Of a stretch of 64,000 nucleotides of DNA, positions 60,755 to 64,000 are shown one piece after another. Made by a program: the position numbers and the translations under genes. How positions within the stretch are numbered: the first letter of the stretch is position 1; the number at the start of each line of letters is the position of its first letter. The notes beneath the pieces were generated by a model. The model had not been told where the DNA came from. It did no database searches and saw only the letters and a program-made list of their open reading frames with translations. Source of the DNA: Dicyema japonicum (Eukaryota; Animalia; Dicyemida); the NCBI GenBank assembly GCA_011109175.1, contig RDEW01000065.1, positions 165,838-229,837 of the forward strand, read 5' to 3'.

Positions 60755-62179
60755 ATGAAAAAAGAAATGGCAAGTTTATTATCAGAAATTAAAGAAAAAT
60801 ACAACAAATCAGAATATTCAGAAAACGGTTGATTTTCCTATAAAATTAGCAAGAAGTCGTCGATTTCGCTATGAAAAGTGAATTCTACTTGAAATGTCGT
60901 CAAAAGAAATTAAATAACGAATTTCTGAAAAATTTAAAGCACAACAAATTTGAGGAAAAGCTCAGCCATATCAAGGAGGCCCAAAAGATCTGGCTTAGAA
61001 AATTAAGAATCGGCATCAACGGTCTCTCAACTTTCCACAATCTCAAATTGGCATCAAAACGGAGTCAGACTTCCTTGGAGGTGATTTCGCCACAAAGAAG
61101 CGATATTTTGGGCTTGCACAGGGATGTTACCCCAATTTTTAGTTCTGATGACTTATTGAATACTATCGCTAAGATCAGTAACCCAAATATAAAAAGGACC
61201 TCCTCTTTGAGTCGAATCTCCCCGTAGTCGTCAAGCTGAGTCTCAGGTGGACTCCTTTTGAGAAACTGAAGGATCTAGTTGAAATATTTGGGGACATCAA
61301 TGGACAAGACGACAAATATGGTGAAATACTAAGTCGTCAAGACATCAAAGCGGCCACTGAGATATGCGCACGTGGGTGTCCTTTGGGAATGAGAGGGTCA
61401 ATTTGGAAGTTGGCATTTGGAATATATCCAGAGGACAGGACAAAGTACTTCAGTGGACTGAAGGATCACTTTCTCAAATATGAAATGCTGGTCGACTACG
61501 TGGTGGAAGAGGACATTAGACAAACCGTGACTAACGACGATCAGTACTTTGTATTTGAGGATTTATCCGCCAAATATTCCACTCTTTCATGAGAGATTCG
61601 GAAGTTACCGAAAGCATTGGATTGCTCAACGAGAATCAGTTCCTGAGATCAAAGAATTCCGTTGGAGATACTGTCGTGTATCCCCCAAATGGGTATGTCC
61701 CCTACCATGGCTTCAGTTACCTCATTGCCCCTTTCTGTTATCTCTACACCGATATTGAAGATATCTACTTTGTTTTTCGGGCATTTTTTGAGCGTCATTT
61801 TATATATTTGACCACAATATCCTCGCATAAGGAGTCGATCCTTTCACTCTGTGTACAATTTGAGCAACTTTTGATGGAAAAAGAGACGCACGTGTGCGCT
61901 CATATGAAGAAGATTGACATATATCCCCTCAATATCGCTTTTGGTTGGATTGTTAGCGCATTTTCGTGGTATTTGGCGAATGAGGAACTACTTTTACTAT
62001 GGGATCGAATCATTGGGACCCAATCGCTGACAATTCTTCCAGTTTTGTCTGTTGCTATCATTTCCTTTCGTCGGGATAACGTATTGTGTGCTGAGTCCTC
62101 ACAAGATATCGAAGCGATTTTTTCGGATATAAAAAATATAAAAATTAATATTATTTTGAAGAAATTTATTTTTGAGTAA
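60755..62179 (+). CDS. TBC1D19: TBC1 domain family member 19, copy C (two homopolymer 1-nt deletions)
   Basis: Same sequence as copy B, but with A5 instead of A6 near 61191-61195 and a missing T near 61562. Confidence 0.8.
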
Positions 62180-64000
62180 TTTTCTGATTATTGATATTAA
62201 ATAATCTATTTTTACTATCTAAAAGAACCATCAGACTACTAATATAGGGTTTCCTGAGCATTAACATCACTTTCCTGATCAATAGGTCATTTTCTACAAA
62301 TTAACATGGGCTTTGAATAACGAAATTAAAAGCAGGGAGATTAAAGCTGAAAAATCGAGATGTAAGCACGTCCTCCTATGTTTGAACCGAAATAGATCCA
62401 CTGCAGAAGTTTGGAAGACTAATCGATCCGTCTCAAGAACGAGGATGAAAGATAATCTGAGGAGGATCACAGCCAAATGGATTTGAATAACCTCATAAAA
62501 TATTACATGAAAATATCCCATAAAAACCATAAGAAGTCGGATGTACCTCTTTTATTCGTTGTTACATCGCGTCTATTAAAAGTATTATGTGAAGAAATGG
62601 GATCTGATCATACATCTCTTCTGTTACATAAAAGTAAGGTGGTTATCGAGAGGCAAAATTTTGGCTCGTTTTTTTGAGTTAAGAGATGAACTTAATGTTT
62701 TTTTTAATCAACTCAAATCTCAATTTTGTAAATTTTTAAACGATTTCATTTGGCTGCAACGAGTAGCAGATTTTTCGGATATTTTCAGTAAATCGAATAA
62801 ATTTTCTTTACTTTTACAGGGAAAAAATTTCACAATATTTGATTCAAGAAAGAGGCTGTGATACTTCCCGCGGCACCAGACGTCTCGATTGCTACCTGTA
62901 CAAAACGAAAGCAGTCTCCAATTTCGTCATATTTTTTAATCTTGATTTTTTCGGCCAGATCGGCTGCCGATCCAGCAGACTGCGCCGACTGAGTATCATC
63001 GAGTTCGAGAAAGAATCCACAACAGTGCAGTCCCATACGAGCGATTTCCCCTCAGTGAACGGAAAGATAATTAACCCATCCGGTATTTTCCCATCTCCGC
63101 GGTCCAATCCCACGGGCTCCAGTACTGCCGGGAAGCCTGCCCTTCAAAGCTCGCATGACAATGTTGTTGGCATGGCTCTGCCCGCACTCCTTTTGCACGA
63201 GAGCGATGCAGCCCTTTGACATCGACGATCCCTCCACAACGACATTGGTGTTCGACGCAAACATCAACTTCCAGGCGTTGTGTGATCCCAATACAGTCAT
63301 CGTCCAAAGGGTCCCCAGGAGGTAACACGGGAATCCATCCAGCCATGCTCTGCTCCCATAGTTGGCAGCAGATACGAGGCATGCAAAACGATGCTTGTTG
63401 GCCTCACACTTTAGCACGTCGATGATATTTTTGGAGTAGATCTCATCCCATTTTCGTTGGTTCAAAGGAGTGTTTGGCGTATCCAAAACAGTTTCACACC
63501 ATTCAGGAAGAGCTTCGTCATAGACTTTTACCCAAAAAAAAGTCCAATTGGATGGCGTGGGATATCTTGGACAAAAAGACTTCTACTTGAGAGCGACGAC
63601 AGATATGCTGGAAAGGTGATCTCCAGCGCCGACCTAAGACCCGTGTCTCCGAGGCGTGTAAGAAGCTTGCATTGATTCCAACAAGGCACGTCAAAGTGGA
63701 TCCAAAATTTGCTCAAGCACATTCATCAGTTTCTGTCTGTTTATTGAGTCGAAAGCTCTGGAGAGATCTATTCCCAACATGGTCGTTGCGCAGCGCCATC
63801 TGTGGCTCCATACAATGTCTGCCGTAGACTTTCCTTCCCGGAACCCAATAGATCCGCCACACCCTTTATCCGACTTAGTGCAATGTTTGCCAGTACTTTG
63901 CGTATCGAATTCAGAAGTATTATGTTACTGGCACAATGCGTTACCGAGCGCTACGCGTTACACTTCGCCTTGAAACTCCTTCGACTGAGAACATGAACAG

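Larger units (their letters stand above)
33519..64000. repeat. Head-to-tail tandem array of a ~10.05-kb unit (A ~33519-43562, B ~43563-53665, C ~53666-63699, D starts ~63700)
   Basis: Colinear repetition of every sub-feature. The junction GGATCCAAAATTTGCTCAAGCAC recurs at 43561, 53664 and 63698. TBC1D19 start codons are spaced 10089 and 10054 bp apart. Confidence 0.97.

Noticed and set aside
1-64000. Most short six-frame ORFs, a ciliate-type genetic code, CRISPR arrays, and tRNA/rRNA/snRNA genes
   Set aside because: Short ORFs are antisense or off-frame shadows of transposon ORFs. TAA/TAG act as true stops in conserved genes. No regularly spaced repeat-spacer array or recognisable structural-RNA signature was seen.

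Overview
AT-rich eukaryotic genomic DNA using the standard genetic code; no prokaryotic features, CRISPR arrays, rRNA or tRNA were seen. Bases 1-33.5 kb are a dense graveyard of transposon fragments around four host genes: NOSIP (-), the MTR4/SKIV2L2 helicase (+), a C2H2 zinc-finger gene (+) and mitochondrial malonyl-CoA:ACP transacylase (-). In MTR4, NOSIP and MCAT the spliceosomal introns are only about 21-32 nt. With a metazoan-type gene and transposon set, this suggests a miniaturised animal genome such as a dicyemid, myxozoan or orthonectid (inference only). From about 33.5 kb to the end is a head-to-tail tandem array of a ~10.05-kb unit (three full copies plus the start of a fourth). Each unit carries a nearly intronless TBC1D19 gene among transposon debris. 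The most interesting signal is a family of Ingi/Vingi-like LINEs and 190-320-nt non-autonomous derivatives. They share (i) a 5' fold with HDV-ribozyme topology and covarying helices, (ii) traces of a 2A-like peptide, and (iii) a conserved 3' stem-loop that brackets the stop codon. Single-base indels in every conserved gene indicate an imperfectly polished long-read consensus, so frameshifts should not be over-read. All family assignments come from manual motif recognition; no database searches were run.
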